DNA of 35,321 bases, taken from positions 1 through 35,321 of the IMG/VR virus record IMGVR_UViG_3300043416_000007. One strand, given 5' to 3'. Positions 1-9,878 of the stretch are shown here, in pieces (the first letter of the stretch is position 1; each line of letters opens with the position of its first letter). This stretch comes from a virus. Its lineage: Duplodnaviria; Caudoviricetes. The notes beneath the pieces were generated by a model. The model searched no databases and was not told the origin of the DNA. It worked only from the letters and a program-made list of their open reading frames with translations. A program made the position numbers and the translations under genes.

Positions 1-36
1 TCCTTACTAAGAATATGCCACTTAGGCTCATATCCC
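1..36. repeat. terminal overlap, copy 1 (circular assembly)
   Basis: TCCTTACTAAGAATATGCCACTTAGGCTCATATCCC matches 35286-35321 at 35/36 positions. Confidence 0.95.
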
Positions 37-353
37 TCATCTTGCAAAAACGTCCTTGCCCAACCCTTACGGCCAGCCAAGGTAACTCGCGTGCAACCAT
101 TCTGCTTTCCCCAAGACTCGATGTATGGTCGCATAATCTTGAGTTCATCTAGGTCGCCGCCAGCAAGAAAATAGTGCAGATTCTTGAGTCGCGGATAGAC
201 AATGATCTCTGTGATGACTGCGCTGTTGATCCCAGGCCAAAACTGGAATCTCCCTTCCTCCACACCCCGCGCAACATCTTCAATGGTGTGAGTTCCTGCT
301 GAGTATTCTAAGGCGGCTTTGACATATTGTGCCAACCGCCAAAAATCCTCCAT
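1..353 (-). CDS. conserved virion-module protein (possibly GNAT-like), 119 aa, spanning the genome junction and ending at 35279
   Basis: Not in the ORF track. ATG at 353 overlaps the upstream TAA (TAATG). Reads MEDFWRLAQYV...LHYFLAGGDLDEL...GCTRVTLAGRKGW...ILSKEL with TAG at 35281-35279. Confidence 0.85.
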   Translation of the reverse strand, partial: MEDFWRLAQYVKAALEYSAGTHTIEDVARGVEEGRFQFWPGINSAVITEIIVYPRLKNLHYFLAGGDLDELKIMRPYIESWGKQNGCTRVTLAGRKGWARTFLQDEGYEPKWHILSK

Positions 354-1834
354 TACCGTTTCCCTGCCGCCGTAGCCTCCAGCCGCATCACGCCAACCCG
401 CCAATCCTGCGGAGTGCTTCCCGTTACCTTCATTTTGACTGACCGGCCTGAGAACCTGGCGTCGGTTGGCTGCTTGGCGCTGTAAGGACCGTAGCTTGAT
501 TCTGCCGATGTAGGGTACAACCTGGCCGTGAAAGAGATAGCGACCTCTCCCAGAGTCTGCTCGTCAGGTATTACCGACCTGACGGCCATGACGTTGTCAC
601 CGTTCCCCAACTCAATCGGACCGGACTGCGCATAGGGAGCCACCGAGTCGTAGGTGTAGCCAATCTCGTGGTCGTAGATGTACCCGTCGGTACTGACCAT
701 CATGGGATTTGCAAACACTGCCCTATCAGTCCCCGCTGTACGCGCCATCAATCCGTAGTACCAAGTGCCTTCACGATAGTTGTATGTTACATAAGAATCA
801 TTCTCATTTGAGGATAACGATGGGTAGAACCATGTCACCTCACCATACTGCGAGTTATGGACTGCGTAAACCTTAGACGCCTGAGACAGATTTAGATTGT
901 TGAAAATGTAATCACTCACATCGCACTGCATTGGCTTGACAAACCCATCATATGACCAGAATCCTGATGTTGACATCCACATAGCGGACGTATCAATGGC
1001 GGCAACCGCCTGCGCAGAGATGACTCCGCACCCGCTGCCTATCTTCTCAAAACTGTAGATGTATGGCAGGCCGATATAGCTTGCGACGTGCGCATCCACG
1101 TCTGTGAATAGGATGTTGACTCCGCGCACGCGCTTGCCGCACTTCAGAGCGCCAACAGTAGCAATCTCAAAATCACCAGCCTGGTTGGTGGCTGCAGCCG
1201 TCCAGGTCGTATTGTTCTCCTGATCTGACCACTTAACTAAGCGCGGGTTACCAGATGCACCTAAAGCAAACATGATGCGCTCGCTGGTTACCATAAGACC
1301 GGCACAACTTGTAGGCGCATTGGTGATAACAGCTGCAAGCGTAGGCGTAGCAAATCCTAATTGCCACTCGTACAGTTTCCCATCTGTGCTGCTACAGCCT
1401 ACTAGGTATTCTCCCCAAGTATCTAGACTCCAGGTTGTGGCTGGTGTGGCTGCACCAGTATCAGGTCGCTGAGTGCCGTAAGCATAATAGCCATAAGCTG
1501 CATTGCCGTAGCCTGTCTTCACCACAGAGTCGGCGCTTCCTGCCGTAAATCCTGTAGGCGTGATGTCTTTAAGTACCCCAGCTGCAGACATTACATACAG
1601 CTTTGAGTGCGTACCAGCACCAATCCAACGATCTCCACCGTTATCACGCCAGGTGATTAGTCCTCGACACATTCCCGTCATCTGCGACGCGGAATGCTTT
1701 TGCCAGCCACCAATAGGTCGCAGGGTATTCTCAAACCAGCGCACCAGGTTGGAGTCGTACCAGCGTCCAGCAGATTGATATTCAGTGCCGTTGCGGTAGA
1801 CGCCTGGTGGGATTTTTAAGGGGATGAGTGCCAT
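353..1834 (-). CDS. tail hub/nozzle or packaged-DNA stabilization protein (P22 gp10 / T7 gp12-like position)
   Basis: 493 aa rich in W/G/Y beta-propeller-like segments; lies just before the ejection genes. Confidence 0.65.
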   Translation of the reverse strand: MALIPLKIPPGVYRNGTEYQSAGRWYDSNLVRWFENTLRPIGGWQKHSASQMTGMCRGLITWRDNGGDRWIGAGTHSKLYVMSAAGVLKDITPTGFTAGSADSVVKTGYGNAAYGYYAYGTQRPDTGAATPATTWSLDTWGEYLVGCSSTDGKLYEWQLGFATPTLAAVITNAPTSCAGLMVTSERIMFALGASGNPRLVKWSDQENNTTWTAAATNQAGDFEIATVGALKCGKRVRGVNILFTDVDAHVASYIGLPYIYSFEKIGSGCGVISAQAVAAIDTSAMWMSTSGFWSYDGFVKPMQCDVSDYIFNNLNLSQASKVYAVHNSQYGEVTWFYPSLSSNENDSYVTYNYREGTWYYGLMARTAGTDRAVFANPMMVSTDGYIYDHEIGYTYDSVAPYAQSGPIELGNGDNVMAVRSVIPDEQTLGEVAISFTARLYPTSAESSYGPYSAKQPTDARFSGRSVKMKVTGSTPQDWRVGVMRLEATAAGKR

Positions 1835-1836
1835 GA

Positions 1837-2490
1837 TTACACCGATAGGTTGGAGACAAACGACAGTGTAACGATGGCCGACGGTACTGCTGGCCTGGTC
1901 GGGGAAGTGCCTGCCGGATACTGCTCAATGCTAACGCTAGTGCTTGTTGTTCTCCACATGATCTCTACATAGTCATTGGCCGCTAAGTTAACAAAGAAAT
2001 TCAGCGCAGCAATTAAGTGAGATGGATCACCCGCCGACTTTCTTGCTGGAGGATGAAATCTGCTGTTTGAATTGGCGATGTTTGTGCCGTTCTTGCGAAA
2101 CCACACATCCACATCTTGGCCGTCATTGGTGGTGTTCTTGAATTGGATGCTGAACTGGACGTTGTAGATCCCCGACTGCGATACGTTCAGCCTGGATGAG
2201 TTTGAGAGAGTAACGCCGTTGCTAAAGTCGGTCGTGTCAAACGTAACGGCGTAGGCCGTGGTGGTGTTAGCCGCGACCTGGTCTGTGGAGTCCTGGAACG
2301 CGCCATATGGAGCATTGAGGTACTTACCCCCACGCGGTCCGAATAACGCTGCCAGCGCGTTTGTGATGCGGGTGGCGTAGTTCCCGATGCTGCTGAATGT
2401 CTGGCTGAAGTACAGGCGGTCATACACCTCGCCAGGATTGCCGAGATTCGGCTGCGCTGGCGTTGTGATTTGACCGCTGTAGTCGCTCAT
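1837..2490 (-). CDS. putative tail fibre/spike-associated protein with C-terminal beta-sandwich (C1q/BclA-C-like)
   Basis: SGIYNVQFSIQF...L.ANDYVEIMW pattern; structural operon. Confidence 0.5.
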   Translation of the reverse strand: MSDYSGQITTPAQPNLGNPGEVYDRLYFSQTFSSIGNYATRITNALAALFGPRGGKYLNAPYGAFQDSTDQVAANTTTAYAVTFDTTDFSNGVTLSNSSRLNVSQSGIYNVQFSIQFKNTTNDGQDVDVWFRKNGTNIANSNSRFHPPARKSAGDPSHLIAALNFFVNLAANDYVEIMWRTTSTSVSIEQYPAGTSPTRPAVPSAIVTLSFVSNLSV

Positions 2491-2493
2491 ACG

Positions 2494-2910
2494 TTAGGCA
2501 ATTTTTGCCCCAGATTGAAGTTGCGCGATTGTTAAACCGCCCGTGTATTGAAAATGCGGGAATTCCTTAAATGTCTTCCAGTTACCAGCCCACTCCAAAC
2601 CACAAGCTACTCCAATTTCGCCAATCTGCGTCCACACTACGTTGTCATTCCAAATTGCTTTCCCATTGACCAGTGGAACCACATCTAAAGCGCAACGGTG
2701 GTTATGCCACGATTGACCAGCTTTTGCATTGGTTACTACCTTACCAGGTGTTATGCGACCCTGGTTGTATAGTGCGGTTTGGCTCTCATGGTCGCGGTAG
2801 GTAGAGGTCACCAGTAAGTCGATTCCTTTGGCCTTGGCGGCTTCTACAAAGGCTTCTGCCCGTTGCTTTACGGGAGTCGCCAAGTCATCAAGGCTGCGGC
2901 TGTTAATCAT
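2494..2910 (-). CDS. endolysin, M15 family L-Ala-D-Glu peptidase
   Basis: TYR...Q..LY.QGR, SWHN...ALD and E.PHFQ zinc-peptidase motifs. Confidence 0.9.
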   Translation of the reverse strand: MINSRSLDDLATPVKQRAEAFVEAAKAKGIDLLVTSTYRDHESQTALYNQGRITPGKVVTNAKAGQSWHNHRCALDVVPLVNGKAIWNDNVVWTQIGEIGVACGLEWAGNWKTFKEFPHFQYTGGLTIAQLQSGAKIA

Positions 2911-3314
2911 TTGGCGGCAACCCCGTTGATTTTCTCAGCGGTACGCATACCGCCCAGGCCAAGCATACCAAGCAGCAGCGGCATCATCGTGCCCGTGTCC
3001 ATAGCAGGGAACTTGACGGGGTGACCGTAGAGCGCAGAACCCCACTCAGCGAGAGGGCCGACAACGAACTGCACGGCAAAGCCTGCGCCGCATATCCATC
3101 CTATAGCTGGTCGCCAGCCGGAGACAAAGACAGACGGGTTAGCCGCCTCTACCTTGTTGATTTCCATTTGTCCGGCAATCATGGACAACTCGCCAGACTG
3201 TTGCAGCTTAAACAGTTCTAGCTTTGCGGCGGCAGCTTGGGCAGGATCAGGCCATAGCCGATCCATTACTTTTCCACCAATGTCTAGCAGTGCGGATACG
3301 GGATCAAGTGCCAT
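2907..3314 (-). CDS. holin, 3TM/GTA-holin family
   Basis: FVSGWRPAIGW and LLGMLGLGGMRT.EK motifs; adjacent to the endolysin. Confidence 0.85.
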   Translation of the reverse strand: MALDPVSALLDIGGKVMDRLWPDPAQAAAAKLELFKLQQSGELSMIAGQMEINKVEAANPSVFVSGWRPAIGWICGAGFAVQFVVGPLAEWGSALYGHPVKFPAMDTGTMMPLLLGMLGLGGMRTAEKINGVAAK

Positions 3315-3540
3315 TGGTGTTTCCTTTGGTGCGGATGTCTACAATTTTTTCGGCGGTCTTGCCAGCAAAGATGGCGGTGATGACGATAATCATTGCCTGT
3401 CCAAGCAGGTCAACGTAAGCGCCGCGTGTTTCCAGATTGAACACCGACAGCAGCGCAAAGAAGAAGTAGGAGAACAGCAGAAATGCAACCGTCACCGGCT
3501 GGATGTTCCGCGCTAACCAGGATTCATTTTGCTCGTTCAT
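3304..3540 (-). CDS. small two-TM membrane protein (holin-like)
   Basis: WLARNIQP, two hydrophobic segments, FAGKTAEK; likely start at MNEQ. Confidence 0.65.
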   Translation of the reverse strand: MNEQNESWLARNIQPVTVAFLLFSYFFFALLSVFNLETRGAYVDLLGQAMIIVITAIFAGKTAEKIVDIRTKGNTNGT

Positions 3541-3799
3541 ATATCTGCTCAATCTTTGCTCTGATTTGCATGGTGTCTGCTGAACCTAGAACTTGTGCTA
3601 GATTTGCGTAAATGAGTACCAACTGCTCTTTAGTGCAGACTTGGCCCGAATCACCCAACCATTCAAGAATTCGATCACGGCGTTCCTTTGGGTCGTTGTT
3701 ACTGTACGCAATGTTTACGAAATCACTGACGCTGCACTCGCGCTTGACTGTCGCGCCATAGACTAGCGACAGGATGAATAGCGGAATGAGCCAGCGCAC
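3524..3799 (-). CDS. hypothetical exported protein in the lysis cassette
   Basis: N-terminal signal-like hydrophobic stretch; two Cys. Confidence 0.6.
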   Translation of the reverse strand: MRWLIPLFILSLVYGATVKRECSVSDFVNIAYSNNDPKERRDRILEWLGDSGQVCTKEQLVLIYANLAQVLGSADTMQIRAKIEQIYERAK

Positions 3800-4033
3800 T
3801 CACTTGTCTGCTTTGTTTTCCAACTTATCAAAGATACGCTCTAGGGTAGCGTCAATCTTGTCCAAGCGGGCCTCAATGTCTGCCTTACTGACGTAGTTCT
3901 TTGGTAGGTCAATCTCAATGGCCTTAATGTCTGCCTTAAGCGCCTTGACAGATTCCCATATCTCTTTGCACCACCAGCCCACAGCGACCAAGATCGCGCC
4001 ACCAATGAAGTTGAACATTGGCTGGAATTCCAT
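3800..4033 (-). CDS. single-TM plus coiled-coil protein in the lysis cassette
   Basis: N-terminal TM, then LPKNYVSK.D and a heptad-rich tail. Confidence 0.7.
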   Translation of the reverse strand: MEFQPMFNFIGGAILVAVGWWCKEIWESVKALKADIKAIEIDLPKNYVSKADIEARLDKIDATLERIFDKLENKADK

Positions 4034-4035
4034 GA

Positions 4036-4305
4036 TTAGCCCTTGGGATATTTAGCTTTGACTGCTTGACAATCGGCTATGTACTTGTCAATCTGCGCTT
4101 GGTCGCCCTTTACAACGCCATCAAGGTAGTCGGTCATTGGCGGGTACTCGGCAGCACGTTTCTGTGCGTAAGTCAGTTCTACTTTAGGGCGCAGCGCATC
4201 GGCTTCTTCATCAGTAATCTGTACGCAACCTGCGGGCAGATAGGATTCATACTCCGCAGAGTCCAGCCAGTGCAGTTTGTTTTCAGTGTCTTTGTAGTGT
4301 GGCAT
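4036..4305 (-). CDS. putative tail fibre assembly protein
   Basis: Y..KR.AEYP...VKAKYPK motif; directly follows the fibre gene. Confidence 0.65.
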   Translation of the reverse strand: MPHYKDTENKLHWLDSAEYESYLPAGCVQITDEEADALRPKVELTYAQKRAAEYPPMTDYLDGVVKGDQAQIDKYIADCQAVKAKYPKG

Positions 4306-4314
4306 TTTTAATCC

Positions 4315-5598
4315 TTAACGAAGTTCACGCCAGTTAAGCGTTGTGCTAGCTGCCATAGCGGCAGAATAGGAAGCCCCAGGAGGAATTATTCCTGAAACCA
4401 AAGAAGCAAAAGTTGTTTGTGACACTAAATTTGCAATTACTACGCTATTTACTGTCAAAGATAAAATATTTGCACCAGAAGCCGCACAATTTATAGATAC
4501 TTGTATTGGCCTACCGGTGGTGTTGTAGTAGGTAGTGCTAAGAGCGCGTGAAGCAGTAAGGTCTTGCCAAGTCTGCCCATACCCTAACGAACTCATGGCG
4601 TTCAAAGCCTGACCGCCTTGGCCTTGGATGGTTGATGGCGCAGTGGCCCAAGTTCCTGCGGTTGCTTGGGTGGATTCAATGTAACCAATCACCCGATACG
4701 CAAGTGATGTACGGGCGGTGGTAGAGTAGATTACGCTTGCACTGTCAGCCGCACCGGCACCACCTTCAGCAGTGGTGCTAATCAGGTTTGCCTCATCAAG
4801 TTGAGTGCTACCAGAAATGTTGACCGCTGCCAACTCAATCGTTCCTGCGTTATTCAGCGCAATTACCACAATACGGGATTGCTGCGCCGATACCGTGCCA
4901 AGAGTTGATCCACTTGAAATTACAAGGTTAGCGGGTGTTCCAGACACTGTGGTAACAGTGCCGCTTGTTAAGGTAGTAGAACGAAAATCTAGAGTCAATG
5001 CGGATGCAGAAATTGTCAACGCATTGGCAGCAACTGATGCAGAAATTGCTCTAATTTGTGTAGCTGACGGCACCTCTTGATAATCCCAAGATGCTGCCGT
5101 TGTACCTGTAATCAAAATACAAGTAAACGTAACGTACTTTCCTGCTGCAACAACCAAGACCGTGTTAGCGCCAGATGATTGAACAGTTACAGCACCAGTA
5201 GAGTTGTTCTTGATCAAGTAACTCATGCCAAGTGCAAGAGTTGACGTGACAGGCAGCACTACAGTCTGGGTGGTGGTTCCCGTGAAAAACTGCTGATTGG
5301 CGCTTGTGACGGTCAGAGTTGTAGTGCCTGCCGCTGTAGCTGTAGTCGCATACCCGAGTTTCGGGTTGTCAATGATTGGGACAGTCAGCGTTGTAACGCC
5401 TGTAGCAGTAAGCGCACCGGCCACCGCCAGCGTCTTGCCTGCCCCCACATTGAGACCAACGCTAGTTCCAGTTCCAGCCGCCTCAAACACCGCGTCAACT
5501 GAGTCCAGATCGGTGTTGATCTTTGTACCCCAGGTGTCAGTTGAGGCTCCGACCTCTGGCTTGGTAAGGAGTAGGTTTGTCGTTGTCGTATCAGCCAT
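4315..5598 (-). CDS. tail fibre protein
   Basis: N-terminal [16 protein letters not shown] anchor; Thr/Ala-rich; C-terminal GYGQTWQ...R...YYNTTGRPI fibre motif. Confidence 0.8.
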   Translation of the reverse strand: MADTTTTNLLLTKPEVGASTDTWGTKINTDLDSVDAVFEAAGTGTSVGLNVGAGKTLAVAGALTATGVTTLTVPIIDNPKLGYATTATAAGTTTLTVTSANQQFFTGTTTQTVVLPVTSTLALGMSYLIKNNSTGAVTVQSSGANTVLVVAAGKYVTFTCILITGTTAASWDYQEVPSATQIRAISASVAANALTISASALTLDFRSTTLTSGTVTTVSGTPANLVISSGSTLGTVSAQQSRIVVIALNNAGTIELAAVNISGSTQLDEANLISTTAEGGAGAADSASVIYSTTARTSLAYRVIGYIESTQATAGTWATAPSTIQGQGGQALNAMSSLGYGQTWQDLTASRALSTTYYNTTGRPIQVSINCAASGANILSLTVNSVVIANLVSQTTFASLVSGIIPPGASYSAAMAASTTLNWRELR

Positions 5599-5605
5599 GA
5601 TTACC

Positions 5606-6652
5606 TCATTGGGTTGTCCAATCCTTAGACGTGCTGCTTACAGATGTCCAGGGGTTGGTGTTATCGGAAATTATAGTCCAGCTACCAGTATTTGGGGACT
5701 GCGTAGTCCATGATGTGGTTGATGTCCCAGAGTCTGTCCAGGTGTCTGAATTGATTGGCTCAGGCTCCCACTTGAGTCGCTGAGTGATGAAATCCATTGC
5801 GCTTGCAGTCTCTGCTATCTGCGCGAGAAATTGCAATCCAGACAGATAGCTGTCACTGATTGAGTAGATATCTGAAATGTCTACATTGAAAATTGCAATG
5901 TTGTCAAATGCATCAGATGCTGCAAGAGTCTCAGATATAGCTGATAGGAATGAACTTACAGCTACATTAGCATCACTGGCCGATACAGTTTCACTTCTGT
6001 CTACTTGATATGAAAATGTTGGTATTAAAGAATCAGATGCTGACAGTGCTTCAGCAATTACAGCTGAAAAATTTATCCCTCCAACAATAACATCTTGCGC
6101 TGACAATGCATCCGAGGCCGTTGCCACTGCTTGAAGTACATTTGTTACAGCATCAGCCGCCGTAAGTGATTCTGATATTGTTACAGGTATTGTTAGGACG
6201 CATACCTGAGAATCTGATGCGGTTCCTGCTTCAGATGCCAGTGCTAGGAAAACAATCGTGCTGGTCTGCGCGTCAGTTGCTGAACCAGTTTCAACCGCAA
6301 ATGCTACTGCTGTCAATACTGAAGATAGGCTATCGGATGCCAATCCGGTCTCAGATATAGATGCTAGGGCATTAAGCAAATTGCTACTTGCGTCAGAAGA
6401 TGACCCTAATTCTTCTGAAAAAGCTATGGCATTTAAAATGTTTGTTATTGCATCAGCAGATGATCCGGATTCCACTAAATTTGAGTCATATGCATTGATA
6501 ACCAAAAATCCATCTACAGATTTATATCCATACAAATATTCGCCATAATTTCCAGAACCATATCCACCCTCTCCTATTGTTACGTTATAGGTAAAATTGG
6601 ATATTGCAAGCGAACTAAATGGCGCTTCACTGAATGTTGCAATACCAAACAT
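5606..6652 (-). CDS. repeat-rich structural protein
   Basis: MFG..FSEAPF start; about 12 x 20-aa repeats; C-terminal 10-aa Trp repeats. Confidence 0.75.
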   Translation of the reverse strand: MFGIATFSEAPFSSLAISNFTYNVTIGEGGYGSGNYGEYLYGYKSVDGFLVINAYDSNLVESGSSADAITNILNAIAFSEELGSSSDASSNLLNALASISETGLASDSLSSVLTAVAFAVETGSATDAQTSTIVFLALASEAGTASDSQVCVLTIPVTISESLTAADAVTNVLQAVATASDALSAQDVIVGGINFSAVIAEALSASDSLIPTFSYQVDRSETVSASDANVAVSSFLSAISETLAASDAFDNIAIFNVDISDIYSISDSYLSGLQFLAQIAETASAMDFITQRLKWEPEPINSDTWTDSGTSTTSWTTQSPNTGSWTIISDNTNPWTSVSSTSKDWTTQ

Positions 6653-6659
6653 TTCACAC

Positions 6660-6920
6660 CTACTCTATCAATGTCCAGGACAATGTTGCCTCGTCCCAGC
6701 CATACACGAGACCGTCTGTAAGCATTGGAGTAGGAGCAACCCAATAGGACTCGCTTTCATGCAACACCCAGCTTGGATGCGGTGATGGGCCGTGCAATTC
6801 ATCACCGTTTATTTGTTTTGCTTCATCAATGCTGATAGGTATAGAACCATCTGGTAAACCTGTCAAAGGAGTACCAGTATCGTACCAATACAAAGCGTTT
6901 GTTTGGGTTTTATAATACAT
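6660..6920 (-). CDS. hypothetical tail-associated protein
   Basis: P.P.PSW.L.....W.AP.P....Y.WDE...W motif typical of small fibre-associated genes. Confidence 0.7.
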   Translation of the reverse strand: MYYKTQTNALYWYDTGTPLTGLPDGSIPISIDEAKQINGDELHGPSPHPSWVLHESESYWVAPTPMLTDGLVYGWDEATLSWTLIE

Positions 6921-6921
6921 A

Positions 6922-7701
6922 TTAAAAAGGACTTAATGAACTGTAAGTCGCACCATTATTGTTAGTTACACTTCTGGCAAAAGAACTTGAATCTGTAGTG
7001 AATGCTCCGCTATTAGCCGCAAGCAATAGTAGTTGAGTATTTGCAACAGCAGTTAATGGAGTAGTTGATGGAGTGAAATTTCCTGATGTGTATACAGCTG
7101 ACCCAAGTACATATCTAAAATTTGCTATGTTTGCCCAAGCTGGGTTTGCTGTGTCAGTTGCAACTTGCATAGTTCCTGCATTAAAATTTGATGTAAGTGC
7201 TGTAGTAGTAGTCAAAGTGCCGATAAGAGTACCGTTTAAAAATATTTCAAGAATACTGTTTATGCCAGAAACTCTGCGCTGCGCTACAACATGGTTCCAA
7301 GTTCCAAGCGTTACCAATGATGTTGTGTATGCTGATGATGACAATATTGGTGTTGAACTATTCCAAATAGACAAATTTTTAGATGGGTCATTTATAAAAA
7401 AACGAAAGTTTCCTCCTCCATTTCCCCAAGCAGATACGGTAGCAAGAGAACTACTCAACAACTTGACGTAGGCTTCAATTGTAAATTCTGAAGTACCAAT
7501 CAATGGAGCCGTAGAAATTGTAAAAGATTGCTTGGACGCAGATGTTTGGTCAAATAAAATACTGCCCCCAGCCCCAGCAATAGGCCAAGCACCAGCTTTT
7601 TTTGCTTGCATTTGTTCAGTCAAACTCCAAATACCAGCAGCAGCAGACGTACTGGCTGTGGCTGCCGTAGAGGACTTTATGGAGCCTTTATAACGCTGCA
7701 T
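6922..7701 (-). CDS. LamG/concanavalin A-like lectin domain protein (candidate receptor binding)
   Basis: FTIEAYV...WNHVVAQR...IFLNG...I.NFRY..G.AVY...FTP.T.PL. Confidence 0.8.
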   Translation of the reverse strand: MQRYKGSIKSSTAATASTSAAAGIWSLTEQMQAKKAGAWPIAGAGGSILFDQTSASKQSFTISTAPLIGTSEFTIEAYVKLLSSSLATVSAWGNGGGNFRFFINDPSKNLSIWNSSTPILSSSAYTTSLVTLGTWNHVVAQRRVSGINSILEIFLNGTLIGTLTTTTALTSNFNAGTMQVATDTANPAWANIANFRYVLGSAVYTSGNFTPSTTPLTAVANTQLLLLAANSGAFTTDSSSFARSVTNNNGATYSSLSPF

Positions 7702-8123
7702 TAGGTGATAGCCTCAAATGAAGCAACAAACTGGATGGCGCTGCCGGTTCCAGTAAATACGCCAAGTGACTGCGTATCGGTGAGATAAAACGGCGTGCTC
7801 TTGTCAGTAACCACTACCGATGAACCTGCCGGAACTGAGATACCATACGAAATGAAGTAAATGGTGGACGATGAAAACGTGGCAGAGTTTCCGATTGCAA
7901 CGTAGCAAGTAGCCGCCGATGCTGTGACATTTGTGGCTGTGATGTTGTCAATCTTGTTTACCGTGCCAGACGCTGGAGTCAGGCCGGTCAGAGCAGTGCT
8001 GCCATTGTATGTCCATGATACAAAACCATTTGCTGCAACAAAGCTAGTAGTGGATGCTGTTGGGATTGCATAGCCGGTGTTCCCCGTGATGGAGGATACA
8101 TTGAGCATATTAGGGGTTGCCAT
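7701..8123 (-). CDS. hypothetical virion protein
   Basis: Coupled ORF, beta-rich, in the structural operon. Confidence 0.7.
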   Translation of the reverse strand: MATPNMLNVSSITGNTGYAIPTASTTSFVAANGFVSWTYNGSTALTGLTPASGTVNKIDNITATNVTASAATCYVAIGNSATFSSSTIYFISYGISVPAGSSVVVTDKSTPFYLTDTQSLGVFTGTGSAIQFVASFEAIT

Positions 8124-8132
8124 ACGATTCCT

Positions 8133-8477
8133 TTAGATGCCAAACACCATTGCCATGATGATTGCTTTGCCTTCTGTAACTGAATTATTTGCTGGGTAAG
8201 TTACAAATACATCTTTTGTTCCAGCAGAGAACGATACCAACGATCCAGCATTACTAGAACCTAAAACCGTTGTTCTGGAAAGCGTTGTTCCGGAAGACGT
8301 GTATGTACCGATACCGACCTCCCACTCGCTAGTTCCAACAATGCTGTAGTAGGTAGTATTCCCATCACCCACAGCAGCAAATGATTGGAATCCAGTAGCA
8401 GCACCTAGCAATGTTGCTGTGCCAGTACCAGTGACCGTTGTGGTCTCCTTGACTCGGTCAGCTAATATCAGAGCCAT
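8133..8477 (-). CDS. hypothetical virion protein
   Basis: ADRVKETTT.TGTG...WEVGIGTY...TKDVFVTYPA motif. Confidence 0.75.
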   Translation of the reverse strand: MALILADRVKETTTVTGTGTATLLGAATGFQSFAAVGDGNTTYYSIVGTSEWEVGIGTYTSSGTTLSRTTVLGSSNAGSLVSFSAGTKDVFVTYPANNSVTEGKAIIMAMVFGI

Positions 8478-8489
8478 GAAAGCCCCTTG

Positions 8490-8666
8490 TTATGCTGCTT
8501 CTAACTCGTCTTCCTTGAAGAATCGTTCTTGCGGAGTTCCAACCTGGTCGGTATAGGAAACACGCAGCAACAAATTCGACTCAGAATCCACGGTAGCACC
8601 TTCAACAACTCCATTTGTAGTCGTTGTGTACTTTACTTTTACCGAATCACCAGTTTTAAAGGCCAT
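8490..8666 (-). CDS. small hypothetical protein, 58 aa (SH3-like)
   Basis: Below the track cutoff: MAFKTGDSVKVK...ERFFKEDELEAA; AAGGGG RBS; fills the gap between neighbours. Confidence 0.75.
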   Translation of the reverse strand: MAFKTGDSVKVKYTTTTNGVVEGATVDSESNLLLRVSYTDQVGTPQERFFKEDELEAA

Positions 8667-8676
8667 GATTTCCCCT

Positions 8677-9231
8677 TTATACCGATGCGGTGTAAGTGAC
8701 GTTCAAAGTATCGCCGTTAGCTACAGAACGATTACCACCAGTGAACGAACCAGCCGAGTACAGGACTCCAGTGGTAGTTGCACGTACCTGGGTGACTGTC
8801 AGCAAGGCGCCTGCAATTGTTGCAGTGGCATTGATGCTAAATGCAGTTGCGGTAGATGCCTTAGAGCCAGACGCAGCCGCGTTCCAGGCCACCGTGATGC
8901 GGTTGCTTCCAGTGTATGCAGTGCTTTCAGTCCATCCAGCGTGAGACGCCAAAGTATCTCCAGCCGCATAAGTTGGAGTAGATGCACCATCAACCAGGCC
9001 CATGTACCAGGCTGCGGTGTAGGCGCTGCCTGCAAAATACTTGTCCAACAGATCATTCTTACCAACTGTCACAACTAGGTTTTCGATGGTGTCTACCCAC
9101 TTGACTTGACCATCTGAATCAACGCACTCCACTTCATAACGGCCAGTTACTCCAATGGTTTCATCCATATCGGACTTGCGCGAGATAGACACGCTTGCAG
9201 CGTCTTTAATATTGACTCGTTCAGAATGCAT
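8677..9231 (-). CDS. hypothetical virion protein (tail-associated)
   Basis: NLVVT.GK...WYMGL...LYSAG.F...GDTLNVTYT. Confidence 0.75.
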   Translation of the reverse strand: MHSERVNIKDAASVSISRKSDMDETIGVTGRYEVECVDSDGQVKWVDTIENLVVTVGKNDLLDKYFAGSAYTAAWYMGLVDGASTPTYAAGDTLASHAGWTESTAYTGSNRITVAWNAAASGSKASTATAFSINATATIAGALLTVTQVRATTTGVLYSAGSFTGGNRSVANGDTLNVTYTASV

Positions 9232-9257
9232 TTTGGGTTCTCCAATATGGGAAAATT

Positions 9258-9878
9258 TTAACCGAAAGACCTGGCGCGTGACTTCAGCACGCCGCCGGTA
9301 GTCGCTCCGCGCTCATCTGCAATTTGCAGTTCCTCAATACCTCTTTGGTACAGACCGGACCACACTTGAATTCTTCCATCATCCTGTAGGTATGGCGCAG
9401 CTTGCAGCAGTGAACCGTATAGGTACACGTCAGGCGCTTTAGTTAGCAGCCAGTTGGTGGTGTTGGAGTCAGACAGCTTGCTGAGTTTGCTGTAATAGAT
9501 CAACTCGCCCGTGTAGCTAGAGTCTGGTATCGGTACAACGCGAATCTGTGACCCGACAACGCCAAAGAACTTAGGCTTTCCGCTAGACGTGTAGACAGTC
9601 AGCAAGTCATCCAGGCTATCAATGGTCTCAAACTGCAATGGAGTGACGGGGTTAGTGTCCATCTTGAACGTCCGAGCCTCCAGGAAGTCGCCTGGCGTTG
9701 CGTTGTACTCTGCATCAATGGTGGCCGTGGCGCGAGTAATCATCTGGGTGGTGCGCAGAGTGCGCTCCATCTGCGCTTCAGCCAGAGAGACAAAGTCGGT
9801 GATGGCAGACGTGAGATCGCTACGGTTGAGCCAGTCGGCGACCGAGGCTTTCAGTTCAGCGTAGGTGCTAAGTGCCAT
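9258..9878 (-). CDS. head-tail adaptor protein
   Basis: TYAELK.SVADWLNR.DL...NWLL..APDVYLYGSL; located after the capsid gene. Confidence 0.75.
   Translation of the reverse strand: MALSTYAELKASVADWLNRSDLTSAITDFVSLAEAQMERTLRTTQMITRATATIDAEYNATPGDFLEARTFKMDTNPVTPLQFETIDSLDDLLTVYTSSGKPKFFGVVGSQIRVVPIPDSSYTGELIYYSKLSKLSDSNTTNWLLTKAPDVYLYGSLLQAAPYLQDDGRIQVWSGLYQRGIEELQIADERGATTGGVLKSRARSFG

Noticed and set aside
4036-8123. DGR or invertible tail-fibre cassette
   Set aside because: No reverse transcriptase, invertase or duplicated template segment seen
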